A stretch of DNA of 64,000 bases from assembly GCA_034927595.1 (NCBI GenBank), contig JAYFPQ010000069.1:26412-90411 (forward strand), in the 5' to 3' direction. This DNA is from Christensenella sp. Lineage in GTDB: Bacteria > Bacillota > Clostridia > Christensenellales > CAG-138. The translations under genes were made by a program, and so were the position numbers. Below the pieces are notes generated by a model. That model was not told where the DNA came from, searched no databases, and saw nothing but the letters and a program-made list of their open reading frames with translations. This document shows positions 1-9,280 of this stretch, in pieces. How positions within the stretch are numbered: the stretch's first letter is position 1; each line of letters opens with the position of its first letter.

Positions 1-970
1 CGACTATTCGGATGCCTCCGGTATGCTGCTGCTCGACGTCAAGAACCGCCGCTGGTCGCAGCCCATGCTGGACATCTGCGGCGTTTCCGAAAAGCAGATG
101 CCGAAATTGTTCGAGAGCTACGAGTCGGTCGGCTCGCTCAAACCAAACGCCGCAAAGGCGCTGGGTTTAAACGAAGCGGTCAAGGTCTGCGCGGGCGCGG
201 GGGACAACGCAGCGGCGGCGGTCGGCACCGGCACGGTCGGCGAGGGGAGATGCAACATTTCGATTGGCACCTCCGGCACGGTATTCATCAGCAACTGCGC
301 ATTCGGCGTGGACAGCCACAACGCGCTGCACTCCTTTGCGCATTCGGACGGGAACTACCACCTGATGGGCTGCATGCTCTCGGCGGGTTCCTGCAGCAAA
401 TGGTGGATGGAGGACATCCTCGACAGCAAGGACTATAAGGGCCTCGAAGCGCCGATTACGGACGACAAGCTCGGCACGAACCACGTGTACTTCCTGCCGT
501 ATCTTATGGGCGAGCGCTCACCGCACAACGACCCCGCCGCGCGCGGCACATTCATTGGCATGACGATGGACACCTCCCGCGCGGACATGACGCAGGCGGT
601 GCTCGAGGGCGTTGCGTTCGCGATTCGCGATTCCGTAGAGGTTGCCAAGTCGCTGGGCATCAAGATTGACCGCAGCAAGATCTGCGGCGGCGGCGCGAAG
701 AGCAAGCTCTGGAAAAAGATGTTCGCCAACATTCTGAACATGGAGATCGACACCATCACCTCCGAAGAAGGCCCCGGCCTCGGCGGAGCGATGCTCGCGG
801 CGGTTGCCTGCGGCGAGTATGCCTCGGTGGAGGAGATTGCCGAGAAGATGGTGCACGTAAACGCGACGGTCAAGCCGGACCCGGAGATTGCCGCGCGCTA
901 CGAGGCACAGTATCAGAAATTCGTGAAGATCTATCCGGCGGTGAAGGCGCTCTTCCCGCAGATCGGGTAA
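1..970 (+). CDS. xylB: Xylulokinase (FGGY kinase), 5'-truncated by window edge
   Basis: GAGDNAAAAVG, SIGTSG, LPYLMGERSP, GGGAKS motifs of FGGY/XylB; frame open to window start. Confidence 0.85.
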   Translation, partial: DYSDASGMLLLDVKNRRWSQPMLDICGVSEKQMPKLFESYESVGSLKPNAAKALGLNEAVKVCAGAGDNAAAAVGTGTVGEGRCNISIGTSGTVFISNCAFGVDSHNALHSFAHSDGNYHLMGCMLSAGSCSKWWMEDILDSKDYKGLEAPITDDKLGTNHVYFLPYLMGERSPHNDPAARGTFIGMTMDTSRADMTQAVLEGVAFAIRDSVEVAKSLGIKIDRSKICGGGAKSKLWKKMFANILNMEIDTITSEEGPGLGGAMLAAVACGEYASVEEIAEKMVHVNATVKPDPEIAARYEAQYQKFVKIYPAVKALFPQIG

Positions 971-983
971 ACGAACAGACCGT

Positions 984-1011
984 AAGCGCCGCCTGAAAGG
1001 GCGGCGCTTTT
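984..1011 (+). terminator. Intrinsic terminator after xylB
   Basis: AAGCGCCGCC-tgaaag-GGCGGCGCTT followed by TT. Confidence 0.8.
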
Positions 1012-1086
1012 GCGTACAGCGAGTTTTCTCGATATAATAGCAATATTCTTCAAGATTTCCAATTTGAGTTGAGGTATTCTTTGGCA

Positions 1087-1980
1087 ATGGGACAGTTGAA
1101 CGAGAAAACAGTCGAATTGCGGACGGCGCGTTACGACCCGGAGCTGATGGTGGAAGCCTACCAGTTTCAGGGCGTGATGCAGGCGTTTCCGAGTCATTTT
1201 CACGAGCACTATGTGGTCGGGTTCATTGAGCGCGGGCGGCGAAAGCTGACCTGCCGCGGCGAACAGACCATCACCGCACCGGGTGACCTACTGCTGTTTA
1301 ACCCCGGCGAGAACCACGCCTGCGAGGGCGCGGCGGATCAGCCGCTCGATTACCGCTGCCTCAACATTGCGCCGGACGTGATGGCGAAGGCCGCGCGCGA
1401 AATCTTTGGCGGGGAAGGTGCGCCCGTGTTTGCGCAGTCCGTGGTGTTTCACTGTGAGCTGATTCCCGATTTGCGCGAGCTGCACGCGATGATCCTCCGC
1501 GGGGAAACGGGCGTGCAGAAGGAGGAGCGCTTCTTCTTTCTGCTGGAGCAGCTGCTGCGCGACTATGCGCACGCCGGCTCGCCCTGCCCGCCGGAACGCC
1601 GCGCGGAGGTACAGGCCGTTTGCGACTACCTATTGGCGCATCTGGACGAGCCGGTGTTGCTCGACGCGCTCGCATCGGTTGCCAACCTGAGCAAGTATCA
1701 CCTGCTTCGCTCGTTTACGCGGGAGACGGGCATTACGCCGTATAGCTACCTCGAAACGCTGCGCATCGACCGCGCGAAGACGCTGCTCAAGGCGGGGGAA
1801 ACGCCCGCGAACGTTGCGCTCGCGACCGGATTCTGGGATCAGAGCCATTTTTCCAACACGTTTAAACGGCAGATCGGGCTGACGCCGGGGCAGTACCGCC
1901 GCGTGTTCTGGCAGGAACGGCTGGAGGACGAACCGGGACAACCGAACGACGATCCACCCACAAAAACAGGAGAACGATAA
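1087..1980 (+). CDS. AraC-family regulator (cupin ligand-binding domain + double HTH)
   Basis: FPSHFHEHY cupin motif; LSKYHLLRSF and GFWDQSHFSNTFKRQIGLTPGQY HTH; start ATG 1087 chosen over 1069. Confidence 0.9.
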   Translation: MGQLNEKTVELRTARYDPELMVEAYQFQGVMQAFPSHFHEHYVVGFIERGRRKLTCRGEQTITAPGDLLLFNPGENHACEGAADQPLDYRCLNIAPDVMAKAAREIFGGEGAPVFAQSVVFHCELIPDLRELHAMILRGETGVQKEERFFFLLEQLLRDYAHAGSPCPPERRAEVQAVCDYLLAHLDEPVLLDALASVANLSKYHLLRSFTRETGITPYSYLETLRIDRAKTLLKAGETPANVALATGFWDQSHFSNTFKRQIGLTPGQYRRVFWQERLEDEPGQPNDDPPTKTGER

Positions 1981-1986
1981 TTCAGC

Positions 1987-2412
1987 ATGGAACAACAGGA
2001 ACAAAAGTGCGTCATGGTCATCGACGCGTCGCTGCCGCTGGGGCTGATTGCGAACACCGCGGCAATCTTAGGCACAACGCTTGGTTCCGCCAAGCCGGAC
2101 GTGGTTGGCAGAAGCGTCACGGACGCCGCGGGCGGAACGCACCTTGGCATCAACACGGTGCCGACGACCGTGTTGCAGGCAAGCGAAGAGCGGCTCCGCG
2201 AGCTGCGGCTGCGGCTGTACGAGCCGGAGTTTGAGGATCTGGTTGTCGTGGATTTTTCCGACGTTGCGCAGCGAATCCAAATCTATGAGGACTATCTTTC
2301 CGAAGCGGAGCGGACGAGAACGGAGGAGTTCCGCTACTTTGGTCTCGCACTCTACGGAAACAAAAAATCGGTCAATCGCCTGACCGGCATGCTGCCGCTG
2401 CTGCGCGCGTAG
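1987..2412 (+). CDS. DUF2000 family protein
   Basis: CVMVIDASLPLGLIANTAAILG...LTGMLPLLR pattern; 6 nt after the AraC gene. Confidence 0.75.
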   Translation: MEQQEQKCVMVIDASLPLGLIANTAAILGTTLGSAKPDVVGRSVTDAAGGTHLGINTVPTTVLQASEERLRELRLRLYEPEFEDLVVVDFSDVAQRIQIYEDYLSEAERTRTEEFRYFGLALYGNKKSVNRLTGMLPLLRA

Positions 2413-2524
2413 GCAGGTTTGCCTACCCGTAAGGCGCGAATTGTGATACAATACCCTTTGGCAAGTTTCCGATTTTCAAACGGGCAGGCCGCGCTTGTCC
2501 GTTTTTTGTTTCTGAGGTGAAGGC

Positions 2525-3340
2525 ATGGATACAAGACCAATCGGCGTGTTCGACTCCGGCATGGGCGGGCTGACGGCGGTGCGCCAGATGATTCGCCTGC
2601 TGCCGGGCGAGGACATCGTTTACTTTGGCGACACGGGGCGCGTGCCATACGGCGGGCGCTCGGTGGAGACCATCGTGCGCTATGCGCGGCAGGACGTTGC
2701 GTTTTTGCGCAGCTTTGACCTGAAAGCAATCGTCATCGCCTGCGGTACGGTGTCCACCACGGCGCTTCACTTGCTCAAAAACGAAAACGCGATTCCGATC
2801 CTCGGCGTCGTACAGCCCGCGGCAAGCGCGGCAGTCAAAGCGACCAAGTCGGGCAACATCGGCATCATTGGTACCAAGGCGACCATTCGCAGCGGCGCGT
2901 ATGAGATGAGCATCCGCGCGTTGCTGCCGGAGGCAAAGCTGACCGCGAAGGCCTGCCCGCTGCTCGTGCCTCTCGTGGAGGACGGGCGCGTGCGTCGCGG
3001 CGATTTCGTGACCGAGCGCGTGGTGGAGGAGTATCTCTCTCCCGTCAAGGCGGCGGGCGTGGATACGCTCGTGCTCGGCTGCACGCATTATCCGCTCCTG
3101 GCCGACGTGATTTCGGACTATATGGGCGCGGGTGTTACGTTGATTGACACCGGCGAACAGGCGGCGCTTGCCGCCGCCGCGCTGCTCGGCGAGCAGGGCA
3201 GACTGAACGACGCGAACCGCGCGGGCGAACGGCGCTATTACGCCAGCGACAGCGCGGCGGACTTTGCCGCGACCGCATCGCTCTACCTCGGCGCGGATAT
3301 CTCCGGCCTGGTCGAGCGGGTCGCGATTGAGAACTATTGA
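2525..3340 (+). CDS. murI: Glutamate racemase
   Basis: GVFDSGMGGLT, GDTGRVPYG, IACGT, LGCTHYP catalytic motifs. Confidence 0.95.
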   Translation: MDTRPIGVFDSGMGGLTAVRQMIRLLPGEDIVYFGDTGRVPYGGRSVETIVRYARQDVAFLRSFDLKAIVIACGTVSTTALHLLKNENAIPILGVVQPAASAAVKATKSGNIGIIGTKATIRSGAYEMSIRALLPEAKLTAKACPLLVPLVEDGRVRRGDFVTERVVEEYLSPVKAAGVDTLVLGCTHYPLLADVISDYMGAGVTLIDTGEQAALAAAALLGEQGRLNDANRAGERRYYASDSAADFAATASLYLGADISGLVERVAIENY

Positions 3341-3368
3341 GCTTATCTTGAAATAGCAAAGAAACAGC

Positions 3369-3402
3369 AAACGCCATCCGGTACGTCCGAATGGCGTTTT
3401 TT
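3369..3402. terminator. Bidirectional palindromic terminator between convergent murI and GGDEF gene (copy 1 of AAACGCCATCC family)
   Basis: AAACGCCATCC...ATGGCGTTTT. Confidence 0.7.
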
Positions 3403-3425
3403 GCGTAAAAGCCGTCTCGCGTTCG

Positions 3426-4505
3426 TTACAACTCGGCGAACTCCACGCGATCCCGCCCGTTCTGTTTGGCGCGATAGAGGCAGGCATCCGCTAGGGTAAC
3501 GAGCTGCGCGGCGGTGCAGTGTTCGGTGGTTTTCGCGAGCGCCGCGCCAACGCTGACCGTAATATGAACGCAACAGGGTTCAATTGGGATGTCGCTCGAC
3601 TGAATGCTCGCGTGCAGCGCTTCGGCAACCGCTTTCGCGTCTTTGCAGGCCGGAATCAGCACGGCAAACTCCTCGCCGCCCCAACGGCAGACGTTCGCCT
3701 GCGCGCCCGCGCCTTCCTGTATCCTACGCGCAACGTCTTGCAGCACTAGATCGCCCTGCATGTGCCCATATTCGTCGTTGATTCGTTTGAAGAAGTCGAT
3801 GTCGAGAATGATCAGCGCGAGGTTTTCGCGGTGCTCCTGAAAATAGCGATCCATCAGCTCGTTGAACCCGTAGCGGTTGAATACGCCGGTCAGCGCGTCG
3901 TGCGCGTAGAGCGAGCGGTAGAGCGCCTGCGTTTCGAGCAGCTTGTTCTGCGTGAGTTCCCGCATGGTTTCCAGCAGCAGTGACGCAAAGTAAAACGCGA
4001 GGTACAGCATCGGAAACCGGATTTTGAACGTTGCGGAATACGCGTATTGCACCAGCGACTGCCCGAACGGGGTGTGCAGGAGAAACAGCAGCTCCAGCAG
4101 CATCCCAAGGCAGATCAGCGTGCCCGTTTTCCGCCCGAACGCCAATAGGCCGCAGGCGGGCAGCAGGCAGACCCAGAGAATGCTGAATCCGTCCGGATTG
4201 CCGGAGATGATGAAATACGTCAGCAGCAGATAGAAGCTCACGACAAATGCAATCAGCGAAACAAGAAGATCGATTCGGTGTTTCAGCAGCAGTAGAAAAA
4301 TCAGCGCACAAAAAACGGCATACACGGCGGTGGACACCGTCAGCATGCCCTTGTGGGAGAGGATGTTCATAACGGTCATGCCCGCGGCAATGAGGCTCAA
4401 CAACGCGTAGATGTTGAGGAACAAAAAATAACGCTGCTCGCGGCTGTCGAGCAGGGACGCCTGCAGTCGTTGTTGAAACCGAAGGAGGAATTTCTTCATA
4501 AACAC
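3426..4505 (-). CDS. Membrane-bound diguanylate cyclase (GGDEF)
   Basis: About 6 hydrophobic N-terminal segments; DALTGVFNR, LDIDFFKRINDEYGHMQGD, RWGGEEF motifs. Confidence 0.9.
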   Translation of the reverse strand: MFMKKFLLRFQQRLQASLLDSREQRYFLFLNIYALLSLIAAGMTVMNILSHKGMLTVSTAVYAVFCALIFLLLLKHRIDLLVSLIAFVVSFYLLLTYFIISGNPDGFSILWVCLLPACGLLAFGRKTGTLICLGMLLELLFLLHTPFGQSLVQYAYSATFKIRFPMLYLAFYFASLLLETMRELTQNKLLETQALYRSLYAHDALTGVFNRYGFNELMDRYFQEHRENLALIILDIDFFKRINDEYGHMQGDLVLQDVARRIQEGAGAQANVCRWGGEEFAVLIPACKDAKAVAEALHASIQSSDIPIEPCCVHITVSVGAALAKTTEHCTAAQLVTLADACLYRAKQNGRDRVEFAEL

Positions 4506-4610
4506 CAGACAGGATGAAATCTAACATTATTATAATCGGACAAACGCGAAATGCAACAGGCCAGGACGGTTCGAGAACCGAAAGGGATGAATAATTTCAT
4601 ATATGATATA

Positions 4611-4639
4611 TTGACACAAACATAGCTTTGTGTTAACAT
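4611..4639 (+). promoter_or_regulatory. SigA promoter with overlapping inverted-repeat operator candidate
   Basis: TTGACA(4611)-17 nt-TAACAT(4634); ACACAAA-N6-TTTGTGT at 4614-4633. Confidence 0.65.
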
Positions 4640-4726
4640 CGACGAAAATAGGCGAATCGCCTCATTTTTCGGCAGAAGTGCCAAAAAATGAGTTCCATGT
4701 TTCATAAAACAGGTCTTTGCGGCACG

Positions 4727-4767
4727 TCCTTGATGCCTCCTTTCGGTGGTTTCAAGGATATTTTTTT
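4727..4767 (+). terminator. Terminator-like hairpin inside the leader of the LeuA-like gene
   Basis: TCCTTGA...TCAAGGA stem followed by TATTTTTTT, 34 nt before the ATG. Confidence 0.55.
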
Positions 4768-4800
4768 AAACGCCGCAGAGAACCGGAAGGAGAACACGCC

Positions 4801-6222
4801 ATGGGAAACATACTCATTTCCGACGTAACCCTGCGTCAGGAACGCAAACGGACCGAAGCCGCGCTGAGCTTCCGTGAAAAACTGGAGATCGCGCGCGCTC
4901 TGGACCGACTGCGACTTAGCGGCGTTGAACTACCTTCCATTCAAAACGAAAAAGCGGATACGCTCCTCATCAAGTCCGTTGCCTCCGCGGTGAAGGACAG
5001 CCGCGTTGTCCTCGCCGCCGCGCTTTCGAGCGAGGGCGTCGAGCAGGCGTATGCCGCCATCAAGGAAGCGAACAAACCCTGCCTTCAGATTGCGGTGCCG
5101 ACCTCGACCGCGCAGATGGAATACATCTGCCATAAAAAGCCGGATCAGATTCTGTCGCTCATCGGCGAGCTCGTCAAGCAGGCGAAGTCCCTCTGCAAAG
5201 AGGTGGAGTTTGTCGCCGAGGACGCGACCCGCAGCGACGTGGAGTTTCTCTATCGCGCCATCGACACGGCAATTTCGGCGGGCGCGAGCATCGTGACGCT
5301 GGTGGACGGCTCGGAGGGGATGCTCCCCGCGCGCTTCGGCCAGTTCATTCGGGACGCGTATGCTCATGTACCGGCGCTGAGCAAGGTGTTGCTCGGCGTG
5401 CAGTGCGCGGACGGGCTGAGCCTTGCCGCGGCCGCGGCGCTGAGCGCCGTCGAAGCGGGCGCGGGACTGGTCAAGACCAGCACCGGCGGGGACGGCGTCT
5501 TGCCGCTCGAAACCATCGCGGGGATTCTGCGCGCGCGCGGGGTTGAACTCAACCTGAGCTCGAACATCGCGATGACCGAGCTGAGCCGCGCGGCGGGACA
5601 GGTGCGCTGGATGGTCAGCGCCAAGCGCGGAGCCGCTTCCGACTTTGAGGCGGGCGCGGCGCGCTCTATGGACGAAGCCGTCGTGTTGTCGAGCGAAAGC
5701 TCGCTTTCGGATATCTCCGCCGCCGTGCAGAAGCTCGGCTACGACCTCTCCGAAGAGGACAACGCAAAGGTATACGCCGCGTTTTTACGCATTGCGGATA
5801 AGAAAAACGTTGGCGAAAAGGAACTGGACGCAATCGTCGCGAGCGCGGCGCTGCAGGTTCCGCCGACCTATACGTTGGAAAGCTACGTCATCAACAGCGG
5901 AAACGTCATCACCGCGACCGCGCAGGTCAAGCTGCTCAAGCAGGGCAAGACGCTCTCCGGTTTTGCGGTTGGCGACGGCCCGATTGACGCGGCGTTTCTC
6001 GCCATTGAGCAGATCATTGGCCACCATTATGAGCTGGACGATTTCCAGATTCAGGCGGTTACGGAAGGGCGCGAGGCAATGGGCAGTGCGCTGGTGCGCC
6101 TCCGCGAGGACGGCAAGCTCTACTCCGGCAAGGGTATATCGACCGATATCATCGGCGCGAGCATCCACGCCTACCTCAACGCGCTCAACAAGATTGTCTA
6201 CGAGGAGGGCGCCCGTGCATGA
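4801..6222 (+). CDS. Degenerate 2-isopropylmalate synthase homologue with intact C-terminal leucine-binding regulatory domain
   Basis: LeuA-like fold (DVTLR, EFVAEDATR) but DGEQ->QERK and HxH->QCA; C-terminal GDGPIDA...STDIIGAS regulatory domain conserved. Confidence 0.8.
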   Translation: MGNILISDVTLRQERKRTEAALSFREKLEIARALDRLRLSGVELPSIQNEKADTLLIKSVASAVKDSRVVLAAALSSEGVEQAYAAIKEANKPCLQIAVPTSTAQMEYICHKKPDQILSLIGELVKQAKSLCKEVEFVAEDATRSDVEFLYRAIDTAISAGASIVTLVDGSEGMLPARFGQFIRDAYAHVPALSKVLLGVQCADGLSLAAAAALSAVEAGAGLVKTSTGGDGVLPLETIAGILRARGVELNLSSNIAMTELSRAAGQVRWMVSAKRGAASDFEAGAARSMDEAVVLSSESSLSDISAAVQKLGYDLSEEDNAKVYAAFLRIADKKNVGEKELDAIVASAALQVPPTYTLESYVINSGNVITATAQVKLLKQGKTLSGFAVGDGPIDAAFLAIEQIIGHHYELDDFQIQAVTEGREAMGSALVRLREDGKLYSGKGISTDIIGASIHAYLNALNKIVYEEGARA

Positions 6223-6291
6223 ACCGAACGATTGTAACAGGGGCAATTTGCCCTTCTGCGTCCCAGGCCGCGAAAAGGGGGAACGCGTAAG

Positions 6292-8793
6292 ATGAAACTG
6301 AGCTTTTCCACCCGAGGCTGGGGCGAATGCGGCTGGGAGGATTTCCTCGCCGCGGCAAAGGCGACCGGATACAGCGGCGTTGAGCTGCACGGGGTTGCGC
6401 ACTCCGCCTGGTCGCAGGACGGCGCGCCGTTTTCGCGCGCAAACGCAAGCCGGACGGTTCGGCGGTTGTTTGACGAGGGTCTCTGCATCAGCTGCGTGGA
6501 CTCCGTTTGCGACATTTCGTCCGCCGAGACGGACAAGGACGCGGAGCTGACCGAGACCATTCAACTGGCGCACGATTTTTCGATTCCCTATGTGCGACTT
6601 CGTGCGCTGGACGGCAGCGAAGCGGGCATTCAGGCGGCCTACGAGCGCATTTCGCGCGCGCTGCCGTTTGCCGAGGAGCGCGGCGTCATTCTGCTCGTGG
6701 AGACCGTAGCCGCCTTTGCGGACACGGCGAAGCTACAGAGCTTTTTAACCCGGTTTGCGAGCGACTCTCTCGCGGCGCTCTGGGATTTTCACCATCCCTA
6801 TTTTGACCACAGCGAATCGCCCGAAATGAGCATTAAGAACCTCGGCGCGTATGTCAAGCACGTTCACGTCAAGGACGCGGCGGACGGAGACTTCTGCCTG
6901 CCCGGCGAGGGCACGCTGCCGATGGCGGAGCTCATGTCTGCGCTGAGCTCGATCAACTACGACGGTTTCCTCTCGCTCGAGTGGGACCCCAAGTGGATGC
7001 CGGAGATGGACGATCTGGAGAGCGTGCTTGCGCACTTTTCCAACTATATGCAGCGCTTTGGCACCACCGCGCGGCAGAAACCGAAACGCTACCAGAACAA
7101 CGCCAAGACCGGCACGTTCGTCTGGCGGAAGGACATTCTGATCGATGCGACGTTTTCGCAGGTGCTCGACCGCATGGCGGAGGAGTATCCGGATCAGTAT
7201 GCGTTCAAGTATACGACGCTGGACTATACGCGGACCTATTCGGAATTCCGCGAGGACGTAGATCGCTGCTGCCGCGCGCTCGTGAGCATGGGCGTCGGCC
7301 CCGGCAGCCACGTCGCGGTCTGGATGACGAACCTGCCGCAGTGGTACATCGCCTTCTGGGCGGCACCCAAGATCGGCGCGGTGCTCGTCACCGTCAACAC
7401 AGCGTATAAGATTCACGAGGCGGAATATCTGCTCAAGCAGAGTGACACGCATACGCTGATTCTGGAGCAGGGGTATCGGGATTCGGACTATTCCGGCATT
7501 ATTGCCGAACTCTGCCCCGAACTGAAGACCACGCGCCCCGGCGAACACCTGCACGCAAGACGACTGCCGTTTTTACGAAACGTCGTCTCCGTCGGATACA
7601 AGCAGGAGGGCTGCCTGAACTGGGAAGAGATGATGGCGCGCTACAGCCGCACGCCCATCGAAGAGGTCAAGCGCCTTGCCGCTGCGGTCAACCCGCACGA
7701 CGTTTGCAACATGCAGTACACGAGCGGCACGACGGGTTTCCCCAAGGGCGTTATGTTGACGCACTACAACATCGTGAACAACGGCAAGTGCATCGGCGAC
7801 CGCATGGATCTCTCCACCGCGGATCGCATGATGATTCAGGTGCCGATGTTCCATTGCTTCGGCATGGTGCTGGCGATGACCGCCTGCGTGACGCACGGGT
7901 CGACCATGCTGCCGCTGCCGTACTTTTCGCCGAAACCCGCGCTGGCCTGCATCGATCAGGAGCACATTACCGCGTTCCATGGCGTACCGACGATGTTCAT
8001 CGCCATGCTGGAGCATCCGGACTTCCCGAAGACGGATTTCTCGTGCATGCGTACGGGCATTATGGCGGGCAGCCCCTGCCCGATCAAGGTCATGCAGGAC
8101 GTGCTCGAACAGATGCACATGGATCAGATCACGATCGTATTCGGTCAAACCGAAGCGTCGCCGGGCTGCACCATGAGCTCGACGGACGACCCCATCGAGG
8201 TGCGCGTTGGCACCGTCGGCCGCGCCCTGCCGGAGATCGAGTGCCGCATCGTCAGCCCGGAGACGGGCGAGGTGCTGCCGGTCGGCGAGATTGGCGAGTT
8301 TGTGGCGCGCGGTTACAACATCATGAAGGGCTACTACAAGATGCCCGGCGCGACGCGCAGCGCGATTGACGCCGAAGGCTGGCTGCACACGGGCGACCTC
8401 GCCTGCGAAACGCCGGAGGGGAACTACCGCATCACGGGCCGGCTCAAGGACATGATCATTCGCGGCGGCGAGAACATCTACCCCAAGGAGATTGAGGAGT
8501 TCCTCTACACGCACCCCAAGGTGAAGGATGTTCAGGTCATCGGCGTGCCGAGCGAGCAATATGGCGAGGAGATCATGGCCTGCGTCATCCTCAAAGAGGG
8601 CGAGTCCGCCACCGAACAGGAGATTCAGGACTACGTTCGCGCGAGCATGGCCAAGCACAAGGTGCCGAAGTATGTGGCGGTGGTGGACTCCTTCCCGATG
8701 AACGCGGCGGGCAAGATCATGAAGTACAAAATGCGCGAGGACGCGATCCAGAAACTCGGTCTGCAAAAGGCCGCGAGTGTGGTCACCGCATAA
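6292..8793 (+). CDS. Fusion: xylose-isomerase-like TIM barrel + AMP-dependent acyl-CoA synthetase
   Basis: N-term LVET/WDFHH/HVHVKD/SLEW metal motifs; C-term YTSGTTGFPKG, FGQTE, LHTGDL, IIRGGENIYP. Confidence 0.9.
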   Translation: MKLSFSTRGWGECGWEDFLAAAKATGYSGVELHGVAHSAWSQDGAPFSRANASRTVRRLFDEGLCISCVDSVCDISSAETDKDAELTETIQLAHDFSIPYVRLRALDGSEAGIQAAYERISRALPFAEERGVILLVETVAAFADTAKLQSFLTRFASDSLAALWDFHHPYFDHSESPEMSIKNLGAYVKHVHVKDAADGDFCLPGEGTLPMAELMSALSSINYDGFLSLEWDPKWMPEMDDLESVLAHFSNYMQRFGTTARQKPKRYQNNAKTGTFVWRKDILIDATFSQVLDRMAEEYPDQYAFKYTTLDYTRTYSEFREDVDRCCRALVSMGVGPGSHVAVWMTNLPQWYIAFWAAPKIGAVLVTVNTAYKIHEAEYLLKQSDTHTLILEQGYRDSDYSGIIAELCPELKTTRPGEHLHARRLPFLRNVVSVGYKQEGCLNWEEMMARYSRTPIEEVKRLAAAVNPHDVCNMQYTSGTTGFPKGVMLTHYNIVNNGKCIGDRMDLSTADRMMIQVPMFHCFGMVLAMTACVTHGSTMLPLPYFSPKPALACIDQEHITAFHGVPTMFIAMLEHPDFPKTDFSCMRTGIMAGSPCPIKVMQDVLEQMHMDQITIVFGQTEASPGCTMSSTDDPIEVRVGTVGRALPEIECRIVSPETGEVLPVGEIGEFVARGYNIMKGYYKMPGATRSAIDAEGWLHTGDLACETPEGNYRITGRLKDMIIRGGENIYPKEIEEFLYTHPKVKDVQVIGVPSEQYGEEIMACVILKEGESATEQEIQDYVRASMAKHKVPKYVAVVDSFPMNAAGKIMKYKMREDAIQKLGLQKAASVVTA

Positions 8794-8838
8794 CGCGCGA
8801 AATCGGGTCGTTTGAGCGCATAATTATGAAATTGGCGG

Positions 8839-8867
8839 TTGACAAACGGCGTGAATGCTGATAGGAT
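8839..8867 (+). promoter_or_regulatory. SigA promoter (extended -10) of T-box 1
   Basis: TTGACA-17-TAGGAT with TG at 8859-8860. Confidence 0.7.
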
Positions 8868-8892
8868 ACCAATAATTTCATACAGAACAAAA

Positions 8893-9159
8893 GGCTGTGA
8901 CGAAGACGGACGAACGCGCCGCACAAAGAGAGCCGGGGAGGGTGAAATCCCGGCGGCAGGCTACTTCACAATCCCATCCCTTCCGAGCCGAAAACTTGAA
9001 ACGGAGTTTCCGAAATAGGGTTTTCCGTATTTGCCGCGTAAAGGCAAAAGGCTTGTTGGAGCCTGACGAGTGGCGTTTTCACAAACGCAAGTTGAGTGGT
9101 ACCGCGGGACAAATCAAAATGATTGCCCGTCTCAAGAGAAATCTTGGGACGGGTTTTTT
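8893..9159 (+). promoter_or_regulatory. T-box riboswitch, predicted Ile specifier (AUC)
   Basis: GA motif GCTGTGA, AGAGAG/GGTGAAA stem I top, GTTGAGTGGTACCGCG T-box at 9091, terminator 9126-9159; AUC at 8976-8978. Confidence 0.85.
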
Positions 9160-9280
9160 CTATTTTTCTACTGCTGCGCAGTATTGCTTATTTAGAAACT
9201 GCTTCATGAGAAGCAAAGAAAAAGGAACTCCGGCTTGTGCCCGCAGGGCACACAAAAAATAATCCTATTCAGGAGGGACT

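Noticed and set aside
4640-4800. A fourth (Leu) T-box or Leu-rich leader peptide upstream of the LeuA-like gene
   Set aside because: No AGGGTGGNACCGCG-like T-box and no GA/AG motifs; the short ORF from 4688 has no Leu run.
4717-4800. Upstream starts given by the ORF track (4717, 12042, 15266, 18414, 30457, 38957, 46293, 48761, 49660)
   Set aside because: Downstream ATGs have clear RBSs and match family N-termini, while the extensions overlap terminators or neighbouring genes.
4801-6222. Annotation as a functional leuA or cimA
   Set aside because: Metal ligands and catalytic motifs are absent, and there is no leuBCD in the window.
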